From Phoronis australis (taxonomy: Eukaryota; Animalia; Phoronida), in the NCBI GenBank assembly GCA_002633005.1, contig NMRA01000420.1, positions 124,001 to 188,000 on the forward strand: 64,000 nucleotides of DNA, given 5' to 3'. The notes under the pieces are model-generated. The model saw only the letters and a list, made by a program, of their open reading frames with translations, was not told where the DNA came from and made no database searches. Position 1 is the first letter of the stretch; the number at the start of each line of letters is the position of its first letter. A program made the translations under genes and the position numbers. Shown here piece after piece: positions 48,539 through 60,970 of this stretch.

Positions 48539-51500
48539 CTCCGAAAATGGGAAAGTCTAACTAATAAAAACCCACTTCTCATATTTCATGGAAACACGCT
48601 CAGGGACTTCAAGGAGACAAACGTAGAAAATGGAAGTGGTTCTACGAAGCACAGCGCTATCTGTTGTTCATAGGAGTACGCAGATCGTGCAAGGATTTTA
48701 AGAGGTAAAGCTGTGGACGCAAAAACAAAAATGCCACTAGAAGGCGCTAAATGTGTTGTAGCCGTCGGCGGGAAACGTCTGCCAATTTTCTTAATGATCC
48801 TTTGAGCAGTTTTGTGGATGGAGAGCGTGACTCAAAATAATAAAAAATGGCCAATAATTGGTGCAGAAAACTTCAAATCCTTCTGAAAATAGAAAGCGGT
48901 TGTGGTCTCTTTAATAAAACACATTTGCCAAATTTAATGAAATTCAGGGAACACCGAACAAGTAGAGATAAACGTGATGAAACTAAAGTTATCACTATGA
49001 GGGAAAGCGGTAGTCGGACCCACGAGGAAATCATCGTTATACGTTATCACATTTATAGAAATCTAGGACCACTAAATAGAGAATCACTGGCGCTAAAAAG
49101 CCAGATTCTCGAATCAATCCAGTAATGGGAAAACGTAGTCGTGTCTTTGACAATACCTAATCACCAAATTGAAGCGGCAATCGGTCAGTGAACTTTAAAG
49201 ATACGGTAAACGGCCACAAGGGGTTAAGAAGTTACAGCCGCAGAGGAGAAAAAATATTGCAACCAGGGGAGCCACATTGGTCCAATTTTCTGAAAATCCA
49301 TGTCAGTCGTGACAAAAAGCGACTCGAAAATAATGAAAATAGAAATATGTGGCAGTGGATACGTCAACACCGTCCGAAAATGGAAAGGTGTCGCCATCTG
49401 TGTTCTTTTATAAAAATCTGTTTGCTAAATTTCATGAAAATCCATCAAGAAACTCCGAAGGCACAGAGACAAACGTAAAAAATGCCACTAGGGGGCACAG
49501 CGAAACTCGTTACAAACTTAGTTTTGTGGTGTAGTATCCGTCAAAGCAATGGCTGGATTTAAAGAGTTGTCTGCATGTTTAAAGCCTTTACAGGAAAACA
49601 GATTGATTAACCCTGAGAGTCTGGTGTCGAAAATGATCTTGTTATGAGGCCATTATCAATACAGATCTCATGAATATTAATTTCTCTCTGAATCGAGGCT
49701 TGAACAGCGTGATGGATTCCTTATATTACAGGCACAAGCACAAGGCAAAATTCATCTGCCAAACAATTTTCCAGTGCGTATAGGGTTGTAGAATTTCAGT
49801 TTTTGTAATTCTTGCATTTGGCTGTCATTCACATTGTCCCAAACAAACACAGTCAAATAATCATCAGTTCTCGGACCACGCTTTTTTCAACAAATGTCGC
49901 TCGTGATACGCGGCTACCGGGGATTTCCAATAACCGTCCATCACCATAAAACAGCAATGGGCGCTTTTATTGGACAAGAAGGCAGAGATAGCGCTCGTGT
50001 GCGTTTTTTTTTCTGGAACAAAATGCGACTTGAAAAATCGGAAATATTCGTTATAGCTACTCAAACCAGGAGCTTGTGACGACCTTGTGGACGCGAAATG
50101 ACCAGAAATTTAGTTCAATGGTTCTTACAACTTCTTTAATAATAGAAAGAACACGAAACCATTGTGGATAATTTGTTGCGTACTAACAGCACCATGTTAA
50201 GTGGGGCTCCGCTGAAGAACCAGTCGGCTCAAAGCTAACACATGCGATCGCTACACGTATTGAGCTGAAGAATACCGAACGTAGCGGCATAGTTTTCACA
50301 TAAGTTACGAGATTTTAATGAGACATTCATTATTGATTATAGATTGGTTGTCATTGTCAATGTAAAGACTTACCTGCAGTAATCCCTAGACGCAAGTTCT
50401 AATGCGACACGCCGCGGAGACTCTCGGTCCGGCAATGATCTCGGGGCCAGTCTCGCACACTCGTCTCTGTTTCAATAACTAACTACATGCATGAATTGGC
50501 TACAGTCTTTGCTGATTCCATATTCAGGACCATAGACACACCATCGCATAAAAAATCCTTGAACTATTACTGTGACCACTGAGGTACACAAACTCAACTC
50601 CGGAAGTGGCCAGGCTTACATGTATCAGACGAGATCCATGCTATGCTGTTAAAGCCTCGTTTTCGCTTTCGAAGAAGCCTGGAACGCGATAAACAGACTA
50701 AATTGCAATATTGAAAATGGTTCTCTCTGCCACTGAAACAGAATTCAACTTGCTCACCAGTTATTTTTAGGGATTCTTCGAAAAGATTTTCAATTTACAT
50801 TGACATCAAAGCATTTTTTAAAGTTTCGAATAATCTCTCAACCGCTCGTCACTTCGTAGATTTTCTCCAACAAAGCAAAGCACGTCTCCTTATTTGGCAT
50901 GGCAAGACATAGACGTAGCACATTTTGCTGATATGGAAAATGTGACCTTTGACCTCAAGCGAATTCAAGCAACAGACTGCGCGCATCTATCATAAGTGGG
51001 AGGGAGACTAAAAAACTCTGTGGTATGTCAATTTTGCGACTTTTCTGGAAATTTCCGAACAGAGGAAAGTGAATAATTCTATAGTAGGCATTGCGAGGTG
51101 GTACTTTCGTCAGGAATTGTTTAAAAGATATTTTGACGAGCTTTCGCGTTCCATGCCTCTTTAAGAAAGAACCATCAGTTTCTTTTGTTGAAAGAAACTT
51201 ATTGTTCGATCACCAGGAATTGATAAGAAGCAACCAAAATTGTTAATGGCCAGAACAATACTGTTTCTTTTTCCAAATACAAACACAAGGGATCAGTTAC
51301 TAGGCTCGGAAAAAAAAACTCAATACATTCGCCAAGGTAAATTGATTAGCCGCTCCAACTGTTGTTATTATTCTAAAAATATTCTCGCGCAATGCAGCTG
51401 ATGTTACATGAATGAAGATATTCACAGGATTCGGAAACCTGGGTAGCATTCCGTAGACCAAGTTGCGAGATAACTCGAGACCACAGTAAAACTGCGATTG

Positions 51501-52820
51501 AGAGAAAAGCGAGTGTGCTTTTATGCTCGAAACCTTAGCTGAGTTTTGTGCACACAAAAAATCTCGAGATTAAAGTTTAACTTAGTGCTATCTCTTCCTT
51601 TGTTTGTAATGCATGGTGAAATCTCGCTCGTTTAGTTCACGAGTGTTTTGCGTTTGCGAAACGAGAACTTTACAGACATAACCTAGCGATAGCGGTCACT
51701 AAAGTGATTTGGTCGGCGAGGATGGATGTCGAACTATGGGATAGATTTTGTAAATTATGTGACAGAGTCCACTGTTTCCTTCCTATAAGCGACGATTTTT
51801 CCCCACAAAGTGCAAATTAATGTCTTGTGTCTACGAACGAAACCCAAGTTTCTTGCGGAAACAACGAGAACTCGCAAGTCTTTGCCTGTTAACTTGCACC
51901 GCAAGCGAAGCACGTGATCACTCTTACTTCTCTAGCTTGAGCCTACGGAACACGCCCCAGTCCAAACGGCACCGCTTGTGTAACAGTATCTGATGCGATA
52001 TCGACTTGCTTGTCCCAGTGTACAATAGGTTTGAGAATAGAGACACCTGGCTCACTCAACGCATTGTCAAGAAAAGAAACACAGAACAAGAGCGTTTCTA
52101 TTTGTTTTGGTTACATTTCCTTAACAGCTCCCATCCTAGAACGCTGTCGAAGGAGGTGCTTACTTTCCGCCCGTTCCGCTGACCGAGATGTGCCGCATGT
52201 ATTGGGCCTCGTCAATTCATAGTTAGGTTTACTTTTGAAAATAATTTCAGGATATCTATCCTTTATACATCGTGGTCAGATCAGCCACGGGATGCGTGTC
52301 TATTATTCACATAATTTTGCCAGTTCTCCGTCACTAACTATTCGACAACTTTTTGCTACATCCTCAGTCGCATTATTCTTAGACTAAACAACCTTTGGGA
52401 AGGAAATCGCCTGCATTACTAAAAATGTGACGTTGTCACGCATGCTGTTATATTGGGCATTTAATGTCACAAGTCCGGTAATAATTTGCGTGTAATTAAC
52501 ATTACGCAAATTAAGTTATGACTGGCAGTATCATCGGAAACATGTTCTCAGCGACATGATACGTGTAAGCGGGCGTAAGACACAATGACATGGACGACGT
52601 AATCGTGTTAGCGTTTTGCTAATCTGACTTGAAGACCTGTCATGTCTAGTGATTGGTGATACACTATTAAACCTCTAGTTGTGTTCTTAGAGTATAACAA
52701 AGTATCAGGTTTAAGGAACGCGATGTTATTACAATTGTGCAGTTTCGTTCGAACTACTTTTGGTTTCCAAAGAATATCCCTGTCTATCCTTGAAACAAAA
52801 CATCAATTGAATTTCCAAGT

Positions 52821-53024
52821 CACGTGTGCACGCCGCCTGTCAATCTTATGACGTCACCATGTATTTGCCTAGCAAATGAGAAAAGCGGATGTTTAACATT
52901 GTCGCGCATAACTTGCCGAACTATAAAACGGGCGCGCCGTTCGATAGCCAGGCAGAAACAGTGGGCGCCGTTGGACAAGAGATTCTTCGAGAGATCAAGA
53001 GTAAAAAGTGAGTAGAATGGGCAG
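52821..53024 (+). promoter_or_regulatory. Pol II promoter (E-box, CRE, TATA) and putative first exon
   Basis: CACGTG at 52821, TGACGTCA 52849-52856, TATAAAA 52922-52928, then CAG|GTAATT donor after 53024 (alternative GTGAGT donor at 53008). Confidence 0.55.
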
Positions 53025-54762
53025 GTAATTTACATACATACTTTAAGATTTTGTTTCAAAGGCTTGCTGTACATATTCTGTAAAAAATAATTTTTTCAAC
53101 TTGTCAAAATAGTTGCAGGACGTGCACACATTATCAGTTGATGTTAAATATGAATTTCATTTATCGATACTGGTTTATGATGCTGATTTAACTCTTCCTA
53201 AGCGTTTATGTTAAAGCATCGTCACTACGTCTAACTAAAATTGTTCATTTGAACACGCGCTTTTTAATGTACGAAAGTCAATTCATCTGAAGTCCTCGGG
53301 ACCAACTTCCTCCGTCAACATCGCAGCGCGCGGTAATAAATTGATCTGACGATTTTATAGAGAGTTTAAATGGGTTATATGTCCGCTTTCTGTCAAAGAA
53401 ACTAAATTTTCACTACTGAAAGCTCCTGATCTTGACTTGTTCGTTACTCAGATGGGACGTACTTTTTAGTCTTGCAAAGAACTGACAGTTCGTTACATCT
53501 GGAGACCTTGTTCGTTAAACAAAGTGACATACCGTGAAAAGTCAACAACTGTTTTGTCTTAAAAAATTGAGACCACTTTCACAGGGGTGAGTGGTGTAGT
53601 TTTAATGTGACGTAAGGTGTGTTTACAGACGCTTTAAGAGAGATTTTCGATAAATGTGTTATGCTAAAATTTCATAAACTGTTTGAAAAGTTAGATGTTG
53701 ACGTTGTGGGTCCATTAAGGCAAAACTAGCGTGTCTTCCATTCAGCTACAGGATCGTAGTAATCTTGTGTTAACAGGGAATAACATATTGATTTTTGGCC
53801 AATTGGTGACCGACCAGAGTATTAATTACAAGCTACGACAAAGGTTGAAAATCATATTCATAACGTTAATCATAGAAATAAAGACTACCAATGTTCGACA
53901 TATGATGTGTGGTTAACAAAGCATTGCGCGTCAACAAAGTTCTGTTTCCAGACATGAAAAGGAGACTAGGGGTGGATTAAAATGGCCATTGACTATGACG
54001 TAACGATCTTTGGAAAGTTGTTGTTTCTGAATAGACGCCTTCACGATAATGCAATATCTTAACTTTTCTTGAGACGATACAAAAAGGAAAGAGTTCTGAA
54101 TTCTCATTCCAGTAATTATGTCCACTTATGTATAGCAGGCTCGGACTCTGGCTTAGAAAAAAAGACATGTAGCTAAAAGGAATTCGCATTGAATTTAAAA
54201 TCTTCTTGTTTGTTGCCGCTACATGTTCTTTCTTGGATCAAAGATGTTCTTACATATTTTGTAACTTTTCAAGTAGTATTTCAAGTTTTCATTTTTAAAA
54301 CCTTACCATAACTTTGCATTTCACCATTACAGCTCCGGTTAGTTTTGTTTGATACAGCGACGCCTTCCATCTTTGCATTTCACAATGGTGATTGTAAAAT
54401 GTGTATGGATATGTGTATTTTGATATATAGATACGTGTCTGTTTGTATGTATATATTTATAGTTTTCTCTCTCTCATTGTATGTCAATGGATTGAGCGCA
54501 GTTTTGTTAACGTTATGTTTTATCACAATGGAATACAGAGTGGTTAACTTTACCGGTCCGTTGAATTGAAAGTGACAGAGAGCTTGATTGAAACTGTTAT
54601 TGATTTAACATCGAAATTGCAAGAAATTGAGAGGATGATTTTAAAAGAAATCCAAAAACTCGGGAAAAATAACAGTTGTTGGATAATAATAAATTTATCG
54701 AAATAGTTAACATAATATCACACTCCGTGCTCTTTCTGCGTGAAAGTTTTTGAAAGCAAATT

Positions 54763-55458
54763 ATGAAGTCATTTCAGGAGGTAAGAACAACAAAAAACGT
54801 GTGTGTTAACATATTTATATTTTGATGTTGTTGGTATAGTGTGCTCAGTCTCACTGGGAATGCAGGAGCCGCAGCGACAAACGTAAACGTTTAAAAATGA
54901 AACTCGTGTACAATGAGGTGTTTTAAAAGTATAACAATCATTGTAATTAGCTTTGAAATGTTCAAGCGAGACAGACTACTTTTACTGGGTAAATACTTGG
55001 TATAGACGTTCATTCGACCATGCAGTGGTTGTATTCTGTGTGCATAATGAATGACTTACTAATCTTTTCTTATTCGTGCATTAACAATTCAATATATTGA
55101 TCACAGATACTATCGACTGTGCTTAGGCATCACCCGTAATTGCGACAGTTGTACTTTTTGCCGACACAATCCTTGGCCAGATTAACCACGACATTCCTCT
55201 TCATGTCGATAATTTCCAGCGACAATATTAGAAAATTTCAGAAAACATGCGCCGGTCGTTAATCTCCTGTTCTCTGTCGTCTCTCAGCATGTCTGCCAAG
55301 CTTGTAGGATCTCTTCCACGCGCGGATTTCTTCACTCACGTTCGGTGACGGGCGCAACTATGACAAATGCACATCAGAGTTATTGGTTGTGGGCTGCTCG
55401 GACGCCTTGTCCGTGTTGCCATGGTCGTATCGGGACTTGGCTGGGGGAAGAGAGGTGA
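54763..55458 (+). CDS. Candidate 62-aa micro-protein with CxxC-x34-CxxC (2 exons: 54763-54780, 55288-55458)
   Basis: ATG...GAG|GTAAGA donor, strong polypyrimidine acceptor TTCTCTGTCGTCTCTCAG, in-frame join, locally raised GC. No recognised homology. Confidence 0.35.
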
Positions 55459-57936
55459 CATGTAATGCAAATTAGCCTCTCAACCGCGGTCACCACCAAT
55501 TCCACTCCTCCGTCGCCAACAAGACTCCCGGGCTCAGTTTCTGTGTATTTCTTTATCGATGCCCCTTTCATAATTTCCCTCCTGTGTTTTTTCCTCTGTA
55601 TGTTGCGCTTCCCGAATTTTTTCCTTGGGTTTTGCAAATCTAAGGTGCAACTGGCCCCCCTCTCGCTCCTAGTGTCAACCCTAAACTAAGACGGCTGTGC
55701 ATGCAACCCTGAGCTGATTCATATGCGCAATTTTGTCGTGTCTATGACTTTGGGTTTCTCATCAAAATCATCTGGAAAATGTCTGTGTGATACCAACCTT
55801 GTGTATGTAATGTTAGTTTGTTAATGTGTTCGTTTCCGATACGTGTCTGTGACTCCCCGTCGCTATCGTCTCCTACATGTCGGGTGTACATTGTCTTCAT
55901 TTGTTACGTTATCTATCATGTCTGGGTAAACCTGCGTACTTCATTGATACCGTCTCGGACAAGAGGCGTTTGAGATTTCATTTTTTTACTCTCATGGTAT
56001 CTAATACCATCCCGCACACTGGGCTATTTAGTTTCTTCGCACCTTTTTAAACGTAAGCGAATACAACTCAAAGAGTTATCATTTGGTGATTGCAAAAGGG
56101 CGTCATTGATAGCAACGTAAGTGAAACCATCACAACCTCAAACCAAGCTAATAGGTGGGAGCTGAAAATAAAAAGGTTAACATTGCAGGCAGAAGTAACA
56201 CCACGGGCAATACATTCAATCATACTTAATATTAATATCCATATATTTAATACGCTCTCAAACATTAGCGCATTAAATTCTCTGCCTTTGGAATAAGTCG
56301 ATATTATGGAGCTTAAACTAGCCCCTAAACCAGACCATTAACAAATTAGTTGGGTATCAGACGAAGATGCGGAAAACGCGCAGATAAGTAGCCTACTAGC
56401 CCATCTTTAACAAATAATATTATTTGTGATCGGCGTATCGCCAGCAACGAACAAAACTTTTATTGAAACAATTTCTTCTCCATAACTATTATAATAATAA
56501 TTGTTTTTTCTAGCTTTTGCACTCCTGCGAATATCAACGTCTGACGAGAATGGCTTATGTCACCATTACTGTCTCAGGCCAGTCCTGTTCCATTCCAACC
56601 ACAGTCCCGTTACTGTTTCAAAACAACAAATACACTGCAAACAAAGTTGCACCAGCTAAATCAAGTCGTCTGCGTTTTCAAGGCTGACAAATTTTCTACA
56701 CAACTGTCCAAACTTATAAGTAAAACTCCTTGTTTGGATACTTAGCAATGTCGATTGTAGCCTAGAGTGCTCTGATTGCGATGTGAGTATAGGTTGAGTC
56801 CGTCAATGCATTGAAGAAATGGCTCTACCACCTACCATGGCACTGATTTTGATAACGCAGGTGGAGCGTCAACGGACTCCATTCCTAGCACATTAAAGAA
56901 AGCCTACACATCCTTGATTTTAAAGCCTTCTCCTCTTTGTTTAACTCTAATAGGCCTACGTCCAGAAACCCTAGCCCTGGTTAACGCCGATTTTCCTTTT
57001 TCATTTTTGAATGTCATTCTAGAGTTTCTTCGTTCAGCAATGTTCACTGACGATGTTTTGAGTTAAGAAACGAAACGTATGGTCTCTGTATATAGTGATA
57101 TAAATATATCGTTCACTAAACCGCTTGTTATTTGTTTTCTAGCATGGTAATGTAATATTTCACGAGTTCGTCGCCGCCAAAAATGTATTGAAATAGATAA
57201 ATGATGTGCACGAAAAGTCGCCAAACTAAGTAGAGTTCATCAGTAGCTGTCTTGAGGGCTAGAAAATTACGTGTTCTCATTTAAAACACACAGCAATATC
57301 TCGCGCAAACTCGCGACGTCTTTCTTTTCTAGTGAGGTCCCAGCGTTACCGAATTCTGCTCTGATTTGATTCTTATATTCTCTCGAAACTGGTAATGCGT
57401 TCTTTGACGGTTTACCATATTTCTATATGTTAGTCATATGTACATGCAAATGTTTTATTTTTTAAGAGATTTCAACCTAGTATTCCGGCTGTTTTTTCAT
57501 TTATCCATTCATTCATTCAGTGCTTGCTTCTTATACAGCGCTTAATTACTATGAACACAAAGCTCGCTTTACCGGAGGCGAAAAAACGTTTGCGCGATGA
57601 AGTCTCACCCTGCAGTGGATGGGATGGGGACGCACTCCCCTGCTCACAGGCATTTGAGGTCCACCTCAGCAGAGAGATGTTTTTTTCTTTTCAGAGAGAT
57701 TGGTGGCGACTGACCACCGGGAAAATAGTTTTCATTGTTTACAAGACTTACGAAAGACAAAGCAGTCAAATCCTTATAGTCTGCTTCGTGAAAAATCTTT
57801 TGCCGATAACTAAAACCAAAGACCGGTCAAAAAGAATTTAAAATAAATTTGCAATTGTTACGAATTATTGAAATAAATCCGTGCCCATGTCGCTTCTGTA
57901 CCAACCCCTGGACTTTTTGGAGTCATCACTGAAAAT

Positions 57937-58602
57937 TAGGGCTGCAACCTGTATCCGAAATAATCGAAAGTTGGGCAGTCTAGATCTGTCGGTTCGGTTC
58001 CGATCCATAGATCTTTGTTTTCGGTTCGGTTATAAGCGCCACCTAAAGGCCAGTATGTGTGCTAAAGTGAATAAATAACCACCAAATGTGTCTCGTTTAG
58101 TGACTAAAATGTGTCCGAAAACACTTTTTAAACAGTTCGCATGGCTTTTGCCCATAAAGTGAGACTTTTGGAGGCCAGCAAGTTATTTCAAAAGTTGGTG
58201 TTCTGCGATGAAATATGAAGTTAATGAAACACTACAAAAATTTAAAATTATATTGGTATTCATTTGCGATTTACCGAAGAATACAATTAGATGAACTAGT
58301 AAAAGCTTTCTTAAATGGTTACTGTGTGAAGAAAAAAAAACGGCGTCCCGCAGGAGGACTCCAGTATAAAATATTTAAGTTTCTGAGAACAAAGACGTAT
58401 CAGTCTGAACTCGCTGTGATCTAAACAAAAAATATTCATCAGGGAGTACTCCAGCGATGTCAAATTCTTAGAAACGGTTCAAAGTATTCAACAAACTAAG
58501 TCGGATAAATATCAAATAAACAATCTTTGGAACTGAACTGCCAGAACCGACGCTAAATCGAAACCGAATAGATCCGAAAAACATGGAACCTTTGCAACCT
58601 TA
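57937..58602. mobile_element. hAT-type MITE with 8-bp TSD
   Basis: TAGGGCTGCAA...TTGCAACCTTA, subterminal TCGGTT/AACCGA repeats, TSD CTGAAAAT/TTGAAAAC. Confidence 0.7.
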
Positions 58603-59183
58603 TTGAAAACCCCAAACCTAAGAGACTATTTAACAGTCATGAGCATTTTATTTCGAAATCGAAGCTTTACAATCTATTATTTACACCAAAGACAAAAATG
58701 AAGAACCATTAGAAATATTTCCATCTAGACATGTTCTTCATTGTTGCCATTCGCGTTATTTTATAAACTATTTTTCCTGAAAGACGAAATTCCATAATAA
58801 TGCAAAGCAGCGAACCTGTTGGCCAATTCTGATTAGCATATGCAAGTTCAGAATACGAGGACGAGTAATACAGAAATCGTTTCATAGCTGTCAAGTTCAG
58901 TGTGACGTGACGTCATTGGGCCCTGTCTGTACTTGATATCATAATGTCAGTTTCGCAAAAAACACATAAGTTATCTGTGTAATTCCAAGTTGGTAATTAT
59001 AAGTGAGCCACTGTTCATGTATCGTTTTAGATAACTCAGCGTTTTACGATTTTTATAATTAGGTACTGAGGAGTCGGGATTTTGACCATCTTCCGTTTTG
59101 ACATTGTTTATGTCCCAGACAGTCTCCCAGCGGCATTGTGATTGTAGTTATGGGGCAGTGCCTAGTGGGCAACGACGATGACA

Positions 59184-59404
59184 TGTGTGTGTGTGTGTGC
59201 GCGCGCGCGCGTGTGTTTGTGTGTGTTGCGTGTGTGTGTGTGTGNNNNNNNNNNNNNNNNNNNNNNNNNNNNNNNNNNNNNNNNNNNNNNNNNNNNNNNN
59301 NNNNNNNNNNNNNNNNNNNNNNNNNNNNNNNNNNNNNNNNNNNNNNNNNNNNNNNNNNNNNNNNNNNNNNNNNNNNNNNNNNNNNNNNNNNNNNNNNNNN
59401 NNNN
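59184..59404. repeat. (GT)n/(GC)n microsatellite running into an assembly gap (59245-59404)
   Basis: Directly visible. Confidence 0.95.
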
Positions 59405-59615
59405 GGTGGGATGAAATTGGTAAATGGTGGTGAAAGTCACTTAATTAGTGACGACCGACGAGGAGTGAGGCGGCGAAATTTTGACCACCGACTGGTGGCG
59501 AGCGCGGACGGAAGCCAGGGTTTTTCTGTCCCGTGCGACTTTGGTCCTGCCTACGCTACCGGAATCATGTGAAAGTTGCTTGCGCAGTCACTCTTGCGTG
59601 TACTTGCTCACATTA

Positions 59616-59853
59616 CATGCGCGCACCCAGGCTAAAAAATGGGGGTCTCGAATTTTGGAGAATGTGGACCTTTTACTAAGATTCACGGGGCACATTCAGA
59701 GCAATGAATTGGGCATTCGCCGAATTTTGGTTGTTCCTGCCTTTTTAGTGGACTTTTGGCTCGTTTTCTACTTTTTTCGAAGCGGACCTTTTTGCCCACT
59801 TCCCCAATAGGGGGCTCGTTCAAGCCCCACGAGCACCCCTGGGTGCGTGCGTG
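59616..59853. mobile_element. MITE, CATGCGCGCACCC family
   Basis: Internal similarity to 33004 (inverted) and 63031; decayed TSD. Confidence 0.75.
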
Positions 59854-60482
59854 CGCTATAACACTGTACATTCTCTGAATGGCGAATGTCTTGTCATTTG
59901 GCCTAGCTGCGAACCAAAATCTGAGTAGAACACGCGCCAGGTGTTCCGCCGGTAATTATCCTTCTAGTGTATACAGAAATCAGTGTTAAATATAATTACA
60001 TTTAGAACTGACATCAGCTAAAAGGCTTTACACTATTGGTGTTAGTTGAAAAAACTTTCTCTATTAAGCGATTTCTGCACAAGTTTCTTGGTCGGACCTC
60101 AACACTCCACCACTACCTGCGGCCTCCCACGCCTGTCTGCACTGAAGATATAAGAATGATGGCACTCGAGCCTTACACATACCAAGGTCACTGACATTAT
60201 ATGTGTTGGCACGCAGTCCTTTACCCAAAATAAGCATTAATAAATACAAATAAGATCGCTTGTTTTACAAAATGATCTACGTTTAATCACAATGTTTGTA
60301 ATACAACTGCATTTTCGACGTTTTGAACCACTTGTATTTATGACACGGTGTAGCATTTCGTCAGGATTCAAATTCTCGCCGCTAGGTTAGTTGGGCATGC
60401 TCGCCACTAGGGGCACTAGTTTCACGACCAATAACCAGGAGACGGTTTCACTAAGGTGGCACTCAACAGTTATGCTGAGTTG

Positions 60483-60970
60483 AGGCTTGAAAAACCAGGT
60501 CGAGTCAGGCCCAACAGCCTGTTCCACAGGATATAAACAGCCTGAAACATAGTATAATGGGCCAAAGTCTTAAAAAACCTTGCACAAAGTCTATTAAAAC
60601 TAATTCCAAAGTCAATTTTCCACCTGTTACCACTACCGGAAGTTCAGCCGGCTGCTTAAAAAACGAGCAAAAATACGCCAAATCCGCAGTTTTCACCCCG
60701 AAGCCACAATTTGCATGCAAGAACTGAGAGGCAGTTCGCACAGACTGACAAAACTCTCCATATTCCAGAAAAGTGGGTGTCGACCAGGTTACCTGAATTT
60801 CCAGCTAAATTTCAACTTCCCGCCGTAAAGGTCCAAGAAAAGCCCAGTCTGAGCAAAAAGTGGGCCAACGGTCAACAGCTGACAATCTTTCCCTCAGAAC
60901 AGATTCAAAAATCAAGCAAATGCCATTCGTAGCCTTCCCACACACCACAGAACGTGATATGCCCAGCCAA
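60483..60970 (+). repeat. ~500-bp dispersed repeat; inverted relative at ~17160-17685 in G-alpha intron 4
   Basis: Shared blocks such as AGTATAATG.GCCAAAG, ACTACCGGAAGT, CAGAACAGATTCAAAAATCAAG. Confidence 0.8.

Noticed and set aside
55289-55465. Selenoprotein reading through two in-frame TGA codons
   Set aside because: No redox motif around the TGAs and no SECIS recognised; another frame is fully open.
10950-56560. Hammerhead ribozyme cores (CTGATGA/CTGACGA/CTGAAGA at ~10955, 33760, 56541)
   Set aside because: No properly placed stem II and GAAA partner found by eye.
59138-59572. ORFs spanning n-runs (also 22051-22564)
   Set aside because: Open only because of assembly gaps and microsatellites.
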